Positions 48,587 through 58,041 of a DNA stretch of 64,000 nt are shown here, in pieces. Each line of letters starts with the position of its first letter. Position 1 is the first letter of the stretch. The notes beneath the pieces are model-generated. The model did no database searches and was not told where the DNA came from. It saw only the letters and a list, made by a program, of their open reading frames with translations. A program made the translations under genes and the position numbers. Source of the DNA: an uncultured archaeon. Its GTDB lineage: Archaea; Iainarchaeota; Iainarchaeia; Iainarchaeales; CSSED10-239. The stretch spans positions 33,694-97,693 of the forward strand of contig CAZCAP010000002.1 in the NCBI GenBank assembly GCA_964496765.1, given 5' to 3'.

Positions 48587-50350
48587 TTGCCAACATATTT
48601 AGATGAACTTGTTTCAAAATACAATAAACCAAAGGACGCAGGAACTCCAGAGGTGATCTCTGATTCCTCAAAACCAAAAACAGACTCAAATGATTTTAAA
48701 GAAAAAGTAATTTCAATTGATGCAATTTCACAAAACAAACCAGTTCAAAATATAGGTTCTATTTCACCTCCTGAAATTAAAAAAGAAGAAATAAAAGATA
48801 TGAATCAACTAACTTCCATTAAAGATTTAATTTCAAAGAGTACAAGCGATGAAAATAAAATAAACAAACTGGATGATTCATCAAATTTTGATGATTATTT
48901 GTCTGGTAAAAAAACAACCCTAATAACTAAGTATGGGCAAACAGAAATTTATAGAATCGAGGGTGAACAATTATTACATTATAAAATTCCAATTCCAAAA
49001 CCAAATCCTTCTCAAAAACTTATTATAAACACATTAAAAGAAGCAACAACCAGATTGATTTCATCAGACCCCTATAAAATAAGGGATCCACTACAGAGAA
49101 GGAATATCTATTATCAAAAAATAATTGAAATTTTAGAAAACGCATCTGAAATAAATATTCCAAAGCACATGTTTGATTTTTATGCGGATGCGGTTGTTAA
49201 AGAAATGACTGGTTATGGAATAATTGAACCACTACTTCAGGATGATAAGCTTGAAGAAGTAATGATTGTTGGACCAAAAAAACCAGTGTATGTTTATCAT
49301 TCAGAATATGGTATGCTTAGTACAAACATCGCTTTTAATACTGATGAAGAAATAGAAGAAATAATCGATAAAATCGCAAGAACTCTTGGTCGTCAGGTTG
49401 ATATTTCAAATCCAATTCTTGATGCAAGACTACCAGATGGTTCTCGTGTTAATGCAACCATCCCTCCTGCATCCATTGATGGTGCAACAGTTACAATTAG
49501 AAAATTCAGAGCAGATCCCTACACAATTGTAGATATAGTTAATAAAAAAACAGTAAATGTAGAGGTTGCTGCATTTCTATGGTCTGTTGTTGAGGGTTTT
49601 GGAGCAAAACCAGCAAACATATTAATTTCTGGAGGAACAGGTTCAGGAAAAACAACTCTATTAAATGTTTTAGCAAATTTCATTCCTGAAAAAGATAGAA
49701 TATTAACAATTGAGGACACTGCAGAATTACAATTACCATTGAAGCATCTAATTAGATTTGAAGGGAGACCACCTGGAGTTGAAGGAAAAGGTGAATTAAG
49801 TTTAGAGATATTAACTAAAAACACATTGAGAATGAGACCAGATAGAATAATTGTAGGAGAAATTCGTCATAAGGAAGCAAACGCATTATTCACTGCAATG
49901 AACACTGGTCACGATGGATGTATGGGAACTATCCATGCAAATTCAGCAAGAGAAACACTTGTAAGAATAACCTCTCCACCAATGAATGTGCCTATGCTTA
50001 TGCTTGCAGGATTAGATTTTATAATTATTCAAAAAAGGATTGCTACACCAAAAGGCCAAGTTAGAAGAATCACTGCAATTGCAGAGGTTACCGGTGTTTT
50101 AGATAACGATCCAAAAGCTAATATTATATTTCAATGGAATCCTCAAACAGATGAGCTTGAAAGGACAGATCTCCCAATACGCTATTTTGATACAATAAAA
50201 AACTATACAAATTTATCAGATTTAGATATAAAACAAAAAATCGAATCAAGGATAAAGATTTTAAATGAGATGGTTACTAATAAAGTAAGAGACTTAACTG
50301 AAGTTTCAAAAATTATCCAAGGAAGTTATGCGAAAATCATATATAATTAA
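48587..50350 (+). CDS. Type IV pilus/secretion assembly ATPase (VirB11/FlaI/TadA family) with a roughly 200 aa N-terminal extension
   Basis: 587 aa. The Walker A is ISGGTGSGKTTLLN. The Asp box, Walker B (IIVGEIR) and His box (TGHDGCMGTIHAN) are present. It starts 3 nt after the rfcS stop. Confidence 0.85.
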   Translation: MPTYLDELVSKYNKPKDAGTPEVISDSSKPKTDSNDFKEKVISIDAISQNKPVQNIGSISPPEIKKEEIKDMNQLTSIKDLISKSTSDENKINKLDDSSNFDDYLSGKKTTLITKYGQTEIYRIEGEQLLHYKIPIPKPNPSQKLIINTLKEATTRLISSDPYKIRDPLQRRNIYYQKIIEILENASEINIPKHMFDFYADAVVKEMTGYGIIEPLLQDDKLEEVMIVGPKKPVYVYHSEYGMLSTNIAFNTDEEIEEIIDKIARTLGRQVDISNPILDARLPDGSRVNATIPPASIDGATVTIRKFRADPYTIVDIVNKKTVNVEVAAFLWSVVEGFGAKPANILISGGTGSGKTTLLNVLANFIPEKDRILTIEDTAELQLPLKHLIRFEGRPPGVEGKGELSLEILTKNTLRMRPDRIIVGEIRHKEANALFTAMNTGHDGCMGTIHANSARETLVRITSPPMNVPMLMLAGLDFIIIQKRIATPKGQVRRITAIAEVTGVLDNDPKANIIFQWNPQTDELERTDLPIRYFDTIKNYTNLSDLDIKQKIESRIKILNEMVTNKVRDLTEVSKIIQGSYAKIIYN

Positions 50351-50365
50351 ATTGATTGAATTGAT

Positions 50366-51508
50366 ATGGATGACAAAAAATTAATTAGATTAAAAGAAGA
50401 CACCATAAAGAGTCCAACTAAAAAGAGTAACGTAGACTTGGATGTGGTTCAAAACATTGTTAATAAGATGAAAAAGAAATCTGCTGCCCAGGGGACGGCT
50501 GGAAATGTTTCTGAAGTTCATTTGAAAGAGCTACGAGAAATAATTTCTGAAGGGAAGTTATCTAATCTTGATGCAGACACAGAATCTAAATTAGTATCTG
50601 GGAATGATTCTTCTTTAGAAAAAAGTTTAGTTAAATTTTATAAACCATTTAAAGCATTTATTAATTACATAGTGATGCTCATTGCAAAAAATTCAATTGG
50701 TAAAAAAATATCTTTTTATTTAACATCTGCTAACATTAAAAAAACATTAGTTCAACATTTGGTTTTTTCAGTATTATTTTCTATGTTAATTTCTGGATTT
50801 ATTTCTTTATTATTAGTTTTATTATTTACCTATTATAATCCACTTCTATTGATTATAATTCCATTTGTTTTTATTGGTCTTTTAGCCATATTAATTTTAA
50901 TGTTTGCATATTTGTTACCTATGCAAAAAGCGAAAATAAGAGGGGTTTTAATTGATGTTGAATTACCCTATGCTCTTCGTCACATAGCAACAGAATTGCA
51001 AGCAGGAATTGGGTTATTTAAGGTTTTACAATCTGTTGCAAAGAATGATTATGGTGTTCTTTCTGAAGAAATGAATAGAACAATATTAGAGATTGAAAAT
51101 GGAACAGATACAAAAACCGCACTAAGACATGCTACTCTTAGAAGTCAATCTAAAAATTATAATATTGCGTTATTCCACATTGTAAGAACTCTAAACACTG
51201 GTGGTAATCTTGCAGAAACAATTAATGGGGTTGCTGATTCTGTTTCTTTTGATTTAATGGAATCTGCAAAAGTATTCGGAGAAAAAATGAATTTCTTTGG
51301 AATTATTTTTATTTTTATGGCAATCGTTATGCCTGTGTTTGCTTCGATTTTAGGTGCAATTGCAAACTCACCATTGGGTCAGGATGGGTCTCTATTCCTT
51401 CCTGGAGTGATGACACCAACTATATTGAGTTTAATTTATTTAGTTGCTTTACCAATAATATTTATATTTTTAATATTGTATATTAAAATGATAGAACCAA
51501 AGATGTGA
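50366..51508 (+). CDS. TadB/TadC (FlaJ/T2SS-F)-like pilus platform membrane protein, first half-size paralogue
   Basis: 380 aa. A cytoplasmic N-region is followed by a T2SSF-like helical domain (LPYALRHIATELQAGIGLFKVLQSVA) flanked by TM helices. Confidence 0.6.
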   Translation: MDDKKLIRLKEDTIKSPTKKSNVDLDVVQNIVNKMKKKSAAQGTAGNVSEVHLKELREIISEGKLSNLDADTESKLVSGNDSSLEKSLVKFYKPFKAFINYIVMLIAKNSIGKKISFYLTSANIKKTLVQHLVFSVLFSMLISGFISLLLVLLFTYYNPLLLIIIPFVFIGLLAILILMFAYLLPMQKAKIRGVLIDVELPYALRHIATELQAGIGLFKVLQSVAKNDYGVLSEEMNRTILEIENGTDTKTALRHATLRSQSKNYNIALFHIVRTLNTGGNLAETINGVADSVSFDLMESAKVFGEKMNFFGIIFIFMAIVMPVFASILGAIANSPLGQDGSLFLPGVMTPTILSLIYLVALPIIFIFLILYIKMIEPKM

Positions 51509-51512
51509 TTAT

Positions 51513-52406
51513 ATGAAATTTTTAGAAAGATATCAAATATATCTTTATGGACAAAAAATAAAAATACCAGCATTATATTGGTTAGGTATAATTTTTACGT
51601 TTTCTCTTTTGCTTGGAATAGGAGGATATTTCATAGATGCAAAAATTGGATTCCTATTATTTGTAATATTATTAGATTTAGGATATGGTATTCCCATATA
51701 CCTTTATGATAGTCACATTAAACAAATAGAAAGATACTGGCCTGAAGCACTTAAACTAATTGCTGACACCATGAAAGCTGGATCCTCATTTGATTATGCA
51801 TTGAGAGAAGTTTGTGTTGCTGATTTTGGGCCCCTATCATTCGAAATAAATGAAGTTATTAGAAGAATAGAAATGGGAGATACCACTGTTAAAGCACTTG
51901 GATTTTTATCCTATAGGGTCGAATCAAAAGTTGTTAGAAGAACAGTTACATTAATTCAGGAATCATTGAGAACTGGTGCTCCATTAGCAGATGTTTTAGA
52001 AGAAATTGCTAATGATACAAAATACATTTATAGAATTAAAAAGGAAAGACAAACAAAAACAATGCTTCAAACAATATTTATTGTTGCTGCTGGTTCAGTT
52101 GTTGCTCCTTTCATTTTTGGATTAACAAGAGTAATTACAGAATTTTTAACAAATGTAGCAACTGACACCGGAATTGCGTCTGCTTCTGCATTGGTAGTTG
52201 CAATGCAAACCCAGGCTACAATCTTTTTACTACTTGATATTTATATTATCTTAGAGGTTCTTGCTGCTTCCGCAATGATTAGTATGATGAGAGAAGGTAA
52301 GCTAAGTCCAATGTATGTATTTTTTCCTGTAATGATAACCATTGCATACACTGTATATCTCATAGCCCAGGTTGTTTTAAGAGGAATGCTTGCAGGAATG
52401 ATATGA
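51513..52406 (+). CDS. TadB/TadC (FlaJ/T2SS-F)-like pilus platform membrane protein, second half-size paralogue
   Basis: 297 aa, TM helices plus a T2SSF-like cytoplasmic domain (PEALKLIADTMKAGSSFDYALREV). Confidence 0.6.
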   Translation: MKFLERYQIYLYGQKIKIPALYWLGIIFTFSLLLGIGGYFIDAKIGFLLFVILLDLGYGIPIYLYDSHIKQIERYWPEALKLIADTMKAGSSFDYALREVCVADFGPLSFEINEVIRRIEMGDTTVKALGFLSYRVESKVVRRTVTLIQESLRTGAPLADVLEEIANDTKYIYRIKKERQTKTMLQTIFIVAAGSVVAPFIFGLTRVITEFLTNVATDTGIASASALVVAMQTQATIFLLLDIYIILEVLAASAMISMMREGKLSPMYVFFPVMITIAYTVYLIAQVVLRGMLAGMI

Positions 52407-52416
52407 AATTTCGTAG

Positions 52417-52602
52417 ATGATGTTTATGAGAGAAAAACTTAAAAAAATTATAAAAGAAGAAAAGGCACAGGTGTCTTTGGAGTTTTTAATTATACTTGGA
52501 ATTGTTGCTCTTGCTGCAGTTGCTGTTGGGTTTTATTTAAAGCAGGTATCTGCAAAGAATGTTAAAAATGCAACAAGTACACAAGCTGATGCAATGAAGT
52601 AA
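52417..52602 (+). CDS. Small pilin with class III (type IV prepilin-like) signal peptide
   Basis: 61 aa. The signal is ...KEEKA|QVSLEFLIILGIVALAAVAVGF. The cleavage motif is [GA]-Q-x-x-x-E with Glu at +5. Confidence 0.55.
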   Translation: MMFMREKLKKIIKEEKAQVSLEFLIILGIVALAAVAVGFYLKQVSAKNVKNATSTQADAMK

Positions 52603-52736
52603 ATCAATTAGGTTAACTTTCCTAAACAGAAATATATATAAATCTGACGTTCTTATATATAGTAAATAATTATTATATCTTGAAAAAAGATTATAATAAA
52701 AAAACTTAAAAAAACAAAATAAATAGGTGAAATAAA

Positions 52737-53210
52737 ATGATGAGAAAAATTAAAGGACAAGGTGCACTTGAATACCTTTTGTTAATTGGTGGTGCTGTTC
52801 TAATTGCTGTAATCGTTATTGCTCTTCTTGTTGGAATGGGCGGACAGTCAAGAGAAACAGCTCAAGATCAATCAACAAAAGCTCAACAATCATTAGATCA
52901 GCCACAGGCAGCAACAATCGTTAGTATAACACCAATAGATAATTGTAATGGAACTACAGGTTCTGTCACAATAAATTGGGCAAAAGTTGGAGATGGTGGT
53001 GTATATGAGTTAAGGATGTTTGATTATTCAGGAACACAAATTGGAAGTAATATCGATATAACAGATCAAAATGCATCATTTAACCAAGCATTTGCTTCTA
53101 TTGGTGGTAGGGCTTGTCAAGATTCGTTCTGGGGACAAATTATAACTTCAAAGAATGATATGACTGTAAGTTCTGCAAGAATGAAATGGAATTGGCCATC
53201 ACTAAACTAG
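52737..53210 (+). CDS. Type IV pilin-like protein with class III signal peptide
   Basis: 157 aa. The N-terminus is MMRKIKG|QGALEYLLLIGGAVLIAVIVIALLVG. A GGTGA Shine-Dalgarno lies upstream. A hairpin plus T-tract terminator lies downstream. Confidence 0.65.
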   Translation: MMRKIKGQGALEYLLLIGGAVLIAVIVIALLVGMGGQSRETAQDQSTKAQQSLDQPQAATIVSITPIDNCNGTTGSVTINWAKVGDGGVYELRMFDYSGTQIGSNIDITDQNASFNQAFASIGGRACQDSFWGQIITSKNDMTVSSARMKWNWPSLN

Positions 53211-53228
53211 TTTGAGATTTGAAAATTT

Positions 53229-53272
53229 AAAGAAATGGACTAATCTCCATTTCTTTAATTTATTTTTTTTTA
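53229..53272 (+). terminator. Hairpin plus T-tract transcription terminator after the pilin gene
   Basis: AAAGAAATGGA-ctaatc-TCCATTTCTTT forms a perfect 11-bp stem with a 6-nt loop. It is followed by aatttaTTTTTTTTT. Confidence 0.55.
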
Positions 53273-53313
53273 AAATCAAATTATACTTATAATTTAATTT
53301 AAACGGAATAATT

Positions 53314-53754
53314 ATGTTTACTAATAATAAAAAAGCACAGGGTGCACTTGAATATCTTTTAATTATAGGTGGAGCTTTACTGATTGCAGTTATTGCAGTA
53401 ACTATAATTGTAAGTCTTGGTAGTGGTAACCGTGAAACCGTTGATGATAGTCAGCAAGGTTATCAGGAACTTGTTGATAATCAAGTTATTGCTCCAATAA
53501 TAAATGATATTGAATGTTCAATTGGCACAATAACAATTTACACAGCTGGATCTCCAACCACAGGAGTTTCCAATTACAAAATAAGTTTAGATGATGGTCT
53601 CTATGTTAATGTAACAACCATAGATATCCCAAATAGAGAAATTACTTATAATAAGGTGAGCGTAGTTGGAACAAAATATGAAGTTAGATTAGTTTCAATT
53701 AAGAATAATTTAAGATCAACACCAACACTACCTTTTGATTGTGTTGTTAAATAA
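53314..53754 (+). CDS. Type IV pilin-like protein with class III signal peptide
   Basis: 146 aa. The N-terminus is MFTNNKKA|QGALEYLLIIGGALLIAVIAV. Confidence 0.65.
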   Translation: MFTNNKKAQGALEYLLIIGGALLIAVIAVTIIVSLGSGNRETVDDSQQGYQELVDNQVIAPIINDIECSIGTITIYTAGSPTTGVSNYKISLDDGLYVNVTTIDIPNREITYNKVSVVGTKYEVRLVSIKNNLRSTPTLPFDCVVK

Positions 53755-53764
53755 GATCCAGAAG

Positions 53765-53965
53765 ATGGGAGTTATGAATATTTTTTTAAAATTACTTAAT
53801 GATAAAAAAGCACAACTCTCTGTTGAATATCTTATCATGATTGTATTTGGAATGATGCTTGTAATTACAACAGGTATTGTTATTATTAATTTAAGTGGCC
53901 TTGTTAGTGTTGCAAAAGCAAAAATATTAACCTATAGAGATAATATACTTTCAACATTTTCATAA
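53765..53965 (+). CDS. Small pilin-like protein with class III signal peptide
   Basis: About 66 aa from ATG 53765. The N-terminus is MGVMNIFLKLLNDKKA|QLSVEYLIMIVFGMMLV. The ORF track begins it at 53735, overlapping the previous gene. Confidence 0.5.
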   Translation: MGVMNIFLKLLNDKKAQLSVEYLIMIVFGMMLVITTGIVIINLSGLVSVAKAKILTYRDNILSTFS

Positions 53966-54000
53966 ATTCTAAACAACGCTAATTACTTTGGAGTAACCCT

Positions 54001-55134
54001 ATGTTTAATTTTGCATTATATTCTTTTTTAGTTACCCTACTATTTCTATTTATTTTTTGCATATTTGATTTAAAATATAGAGAAATACCTAATTATCTTG
54101 TTCTTCTATTTTTTGGGATTGGTTTGTTATCTAGTTTAGTAATTAGTTTTTGGCTATGGCAATTTTCATATATTTTTAATTCATTAATTTCAATTGCAAT
54201 TACTTTCATTATAACCTTTATTCTTTGGGAGCTTGGTTTATTTGCAGGAGGGGATTTAAAGGTTTTTGTTGGGATTGCTGCACTTAACCCACTAAACCTT
54301 AACTTTTTAGGTTCTGCACTTAACTTTGGAGTGGTTAAGCAACCAATATTTGGAATCACCTTAATTATCGCAAGTATATTATCAACACTACCCTATATCC
54401 TCCTATTTACTAGCTATAAAATAATTTCTAAAAATTATTTCAAAGACCTAGTTATAACTTATTTTTCAAAAACCTACTTAATAACTATTTTTAATTCAAT
54501 AATAATTATTTTTCTAATTACCTCCTTTATGAATATTTTTTCATTAAAAACACCAACAATATTATTACTATTATTATCTTTTGTTTTGATTTTTTTATTT
54601 TCTAATGTACTTACCTATAGTAAAAAAGCATTTTATTTTTCTATCGGGATGCTTTATTTAATTTTATTTATTACGACCTGTTTATTAAAACATGTTCCTC
54701 AAAAGATTTTTTTACTTTCAAACCTTTTTTCAATAATTTTATCAGTACTAATAATTTATCTATTAATCATGATTTATAGGTTCACAAAAGAAAAAATACT
54801 TGTTGAAGAAAAAAAAGTATCTGACCTGAAAGAAGGGGATGTTACTTTATATAATTATTATTTAATTAATAAAAAAGTAATATTTAAAAAAAGCACTTTT
54901 TTCTCTGCCATTAGAGATATGCTAACTGGAGTTTATTATAAAGACCAAATAATTGATTCTAGAAAAGCTGGTGGGTTAAATGTGAAAGAAGTTACCTTTT
55001 TAAATGAATCCCACAATAATAAATTAATAGGTAATGTAATAAAAATCAAAGTCACTATTGCATTTACTCCAGCAGTATTAATTGCATATATCTTGCTTAA
55101 TATTTTTGGAGACGTGATTTGGTTAATATTTTAA
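54001..55134 (+). CDS. Prepilin/preflagellin peptidase, A24 family, EppA-like (enlarged, with extra C-terminal TM region)
   Basis: 377 aa. The first catalytic Asp motif is IFDLKYREIPNYL. The second is FAGGDLKVFVGIAAL (GGDxK). This is polytopic. Its size is closer to EppA (about 350 aa) than to FlaK or PibD (about 230 aa). Confidence 0.7.
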   Translation: MFNFALYSFLVTLLFLFIFCIFDLKYREIPNYLVLLFFGIGLLSSLVISFWLWQFSYIFNSLISIAITFIITFILWELGLFAGGDLKVFVGIAALNPLNLNFLGSALNFGVVKQPIFGITLIIASILSTLPYILLFTSYKIISKNYFKDLVITYFSKTYLITIFNSIIIIFLITSFMNIFSLKTPTILLLLLSFVLIFLFSNVLTYSKKAFYFSIGMLYLILFITTCLLKHVPQKIFLLSNLFSIILSVLIIYLLIMIYRFTKEKILVEEKKVSDLKEGDVTLYNYYLINKKVIFKKSTFFSAIRDMLTGVYYKDQIIDSRKAGGLNVKEVTFLNESHNNKLIGNVIKIKVTIAFTPAVLIAYILLNIFGDVIWLIF

Positions 55135-55146
55135 ATGTGAAAAATT

Positions 55147-55611
55147 ATGAATTTAAGTAGAAAAGGACAAATTGCAATTGAATATATTATTTTTATAGCC
55201 ATATTCTTATTATTTTTTCAAGCAGTGATTAAGCCATCTATTGATTTTGCAGAAAATATAATGAGTGATGTTCAATCTATTGCTATTACCCAAGAAAACG
55301 TAAGTAGGCTTGCTGATGGTGTTAGTTCCTTTGCATCATCTATGGGGACTGGAAAGGTAACCATGAATTTGTATTTACCAAAGAATGCAACAATTACGGA
55401 TTGTAGTTCTAGTGCAATTACCTATACTATAACTATCTCTAACGTAAATCCGAAACCAGCTGCCTGTAATAATACTAATTTTTGCGAATTTACAAAAGCA
55501 ATATTTATTGGTAGTCACGATATTACCTGTGATTTAATAGGGCCTGGTTTTACAGGAGACGTACTTATTGAAAAACAAGCCACAGGAGATTTTGATGTTT
55601 CAATCAAGTAA
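55147..55611 (+). CDS. Type IV pilin-like protein with class III signal peptide
   Basis: 154 aa. The N-terminus is MNLSRKG|QIAIEYIIFIAIFLLFF. Confidence 0.6.
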   Translation: MNLSRKGQIAIEYIIFIAIFLLFFQAVIKPSIDFAENIMSDVQSIAITQENVSRLADGVSSFASSMGTGKVTMNLYLPKNATITDCSSSAITYTITISNVNPKPAACNNTNFCEFTKAIFIGSHDITCDLIGPGFTGDVLIEKQATGDFDVSIK

Positions 55612-55948
55612 AGCCCAAACAAGCATAGAGTTCATTATTCTGATTGCAGTCCTATTATTAATAGGATTTTATTTTAGTGGTTCAATCTACAAAACCTTTG
55701 ATAGTAATTATGCAATTTATAAAGTTAAAAACAAAACTCTACAGCTCTTCTCAGAGAATGATAGTGGAGATGTGCTTTCTAAGGTTAGCTATGAATTGCA
55801 CGATTCTCAAATCGTCTTGAAGTTAGATATTAAACAATCAAGTTCTGGATACATTTTAACCTCATCAAATTATGCTTCTGATATTCAAGACATAATTAAA
55901 AGAACTAGTTTCGATACAGTTGTTATTAATTTTAATTATATTTCTTAA
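55595..55948 (+). CDS. Type IV pilin-like protein with class III signal peptide
   Basis: About 117 aa from ATG 55595. The N-terminus is MFQSSKA|QTSIEFIILIAVLLLIGFYF. The ORF track start at 55568 overlaps the previous gene. Confidence 0.5.
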   Translation: MFQSSKAQTSIEFIILIAVLLLIGFYFSGSIYKTFDSNYAIYKVKNKTLQLFSENDSGDVLSKVSYELHDSQIVLKLDIKQSSSGYILTSSNYASDIQDIIKRTSFDTVVINFNYIS

Positions 55949-55961
55949 ATGGTGTGTGTAA

Positions 55962-56495
55962 ATGATAGATAAAAATATATTATATATTGAAATAATTTTT
56001 CTATTGGGTGTTCTATTAACTGTTTTTATTTCCAAAAATGTTTTTTTGAAAATCCTAATCGTAATTGTGTTGTTCTTATTCGTAATAAAAGAACTTGATG
56101 ATTATAAATATATTCAACAAAAATATCTTTATGTTGGATATGGGTTTGTTTCACTACTAGTGTTGTTCATTATTAATGAATATATTGTGAATATATATTT
56201 TGTTGCTGCCCTCATATGCCTTGTAATTATTTACTTGTATTTGTTCAAGGTTTTATTTAATACAACATATGGAAAAGTAACTAAAGTAACTGGAAGAAAA
56301 GTAAGTATTCAAATCCTAGATCCCTTTTATAAAACAAAAAATGAATTAGTTCTTAGCTTTTCTGGAAAAGTTAAGAAAGGAGATGTTGCAATAATTGCGC
56401 TAACCAAATTCCCAATAAATAAGAAAGCCATTAAAATAATTAAAGTTGTTACAGAACCTAAATCATTGAATAAAAATGTGAAAAAAAAGAAATGA
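55962..56495 (+). CDS. Membrane protein (3 N-terminal TM helices plus a C-terminal beta-rich domain), pilus-locus associated
   Basis: 177 aa. Operonic with the pilin and peptidase genes. No known motif. Confidence 0.4.
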   Translation: MIDKNILYIEIIFLLGVLLTVFISKNVFLKILIVIVLFLFVIKELDDYKYIQQKYLYVGYGFVSLLVLFIINEYIVNIYFVAALICLVIIYLYLFKVLFNTTYGKVTKVTGRKVSIQILDPFYKTKNELVLSFSGKVKKGDVAIIALTKFPINKKAIKIIKVVTEPKSLNKNVKKKK

Positions 56496-56854
56496 ATGAA
56501 ATTCTATTCAAAAGAATAGTGATATTGTTTTCAATAGTTGGTCTGATTTTATTAGTTGTTTATTCATTCTTTTTTGTTCCTGAGGAACAATCTATTTCTA
56601 GTTTACCTACATTGAAAGAAGGTACAATTGTATCAACATCAGGGATTATAAAGGAATTAGCAGTAAAAGATAATCTTGTTCAATTTCAGCTTTGTGAATA
56701 TTCTATTTGTATTCAGGCAGTTCTTTTCAATCCAAGTAATAGTCAATTAGATGTATTAAATAATCTAAGTATTACAAAAGAAAATACTAGACTATCTGGT
56801 CAATATAAATTATATATGGATAATCCAGAAATTATTGTATACAATATTGAATGA
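56492..56854 (+). CDS. Membrane-anchored protein with putative OB-fold-like extracellular domain
   Basis: 120 aa. An N-terminal TM helix (IVILFSIVGLILLVVYSFFFV) is followed by an OB-like segment (TLKEGTIVSTSGIIKELAVKDNLVQFQLCEYSICIQAVLF). The fold assignment is tentative. Confidence 0.35.
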   Translation: MNEILFKRIVILFSIVGLILLVVYSFFFVPEEQSISSLPTLKEGTIVSTSGIIKELAVKDNLVQFQLCEYSICIQAVLFNPSNSQLDVLNNLSITKENTRLSGQYKLYMDNPEIIVYNIE

Positions 56855-58041
56855 CTATGTATTTAATTGAAATAATTATAGGGGTGTTGTTGGGGTTTGT
56901 TATTGGATTAATTCCTAGTATACACATAAATACAATATCCTATTTTTTTTTGTTTATTGGAGGTTATAATCTTTTTTATAATAATTCATTTTTTTTTATA
57001 TCTTTGGCGGTTTCCCAATTAGTAACTAGTTACGTTTCTATTTCTGTTTTTGGAGTTCCAAATGATTCAACAATCATGCATTTATTTCCACTTCAAAGAC
57101 TGGCAAAGGAGGGACAATTAAAAAAAGGGATTTATCTTTGTTTAGTTGGTTCTTTCTTTGGAGGCCTATTCTCTCTACTATTATTTCCCATTCTTTTTTT
57201 ACTATTTAGTGCTTTGTTTAATTTTAATTTATTTATTTATGGCTTGATTATTTTAATTTTAATTATGTTTATTATTTTAGAAAAAAACATTAAAAAAAGA
57301 ATAGGAATACTTGCAATAATTATTTTTTCTGGAACTCTTGGAATACTCACCCTTAAATATAATTATTTTCTTTCGGAACCACTAATGGTTTGTGTGGTGG
57401 GCCTGTTTGCATTCCCATTTATATTAGAATCTATTTTTTCTAAAAATAGGTTTGTTAAACAAAAAGATGAAGACCTGCAAATAAATCTAAAGGACACTGG
57501 TGTTTCTTCATTTCTTGGAACTTTGGGTGCAATGTTTATGATAATCGTGCCCTCATTTAGCTCATCACAGGCATCACTGCTATTGTCAAAGATTAAACAA
57601 AAACTAAATTCAGAGGAATACTTGTTGATTTTTTCCAGTGTTGCCATTAGTTCTTTATTTTTTTCTTTTTTTCTTGCAATTAATTTTTATAAACCTAGAT
57701 TGGGTTACATTGCTATTCTTTTATCCAATAACATTCTTGGCAAGAGCATTTCTAACTTTAATCTTGCAATTACCTTATTTTTATCTTTATGTTTGTCAAT
57801 ATTACTTTTATCTTTTACCTATAAACAAATAGTTGATTGGATAACTAGATTTAATTTTAAATTAATTAGTGTTATTTTATTGCTTTTTATTTCAATCCTT
57901 ATTATCCTATTATTTGGAATGAAAGCTATTCCTCTATTAATTCTATCAACCTCAATTGGATTTCTTCCTCTTGTGTTTGGAGTGGATCGAGTTATCCTAA
58001 TGAGTTACATTATGATCCCAACAATATTATTTTATGTGTGA
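56851..58041 (+). CDS. Polytopic membrane protein (about 10 TM helices), last gene of the pilus locus
   Basis: 396 aa, highly hydrophobic. Translationally coupled to the upstream gene through an ATGA overlap. Confidence 0.45.
   Translation: MTMYLIEIIIGVLLGFVIGLIPSIHINTISYFFLFIGGYNLFYNNSFFFISLAVSQLVTSYVSISVFGVPNDSTIMHLFPLQRLAKEGQLKKGIYLCLVGSFFGGLFSLLLFPILFLLFSALFNFNLFIYGLIILILIMFIILEKNIKKRIGILAIIIFSGTLGILTLKYNYFLSEPLMVCVVGLFAFPFILESIFSKNRFVKQKDEDLQINLKDTGVSSFLGTLGAMFMIIVPSFSSSQASLLLSKIKQKLNSEEYLLIFSSVAISSLFFSFFLAINFYKPRLGYIAILLSNNILGKSISNFNLAITLFLSLCLSILLLSFTYKQIVDWITRFNFKLISVILLLFISILIILLFGMKAIPLLILSTSIGFLPLVFGVDRVILMSYIMIPTILFYV

Noticed and set aside
52603-52736. A/T palindromic stretch (TATATATAAATCTGACGTTCTTATATATA) after the first pilin gene
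   Set aside because: It is a low-complexity TATA-rich sequence in an AT-rich spacer. It is more likely the promoter region for the next pilin than a distinct structured element, and there is not enough evidence to call it a feature.
48587-58041. Interpretation of the ATPase and prepilin locus as an archaellum (motility) operon
   Set aside because: No archaellin (FlaB) with the characteristic long conserved N-terminus is present. FlaC/D/E, F, G and the FlaH KaiC-like gene are also absent. The pilins are short and diverse with Q+1 signals, fitting an adhesive type IV pilus rather than an archaellum.
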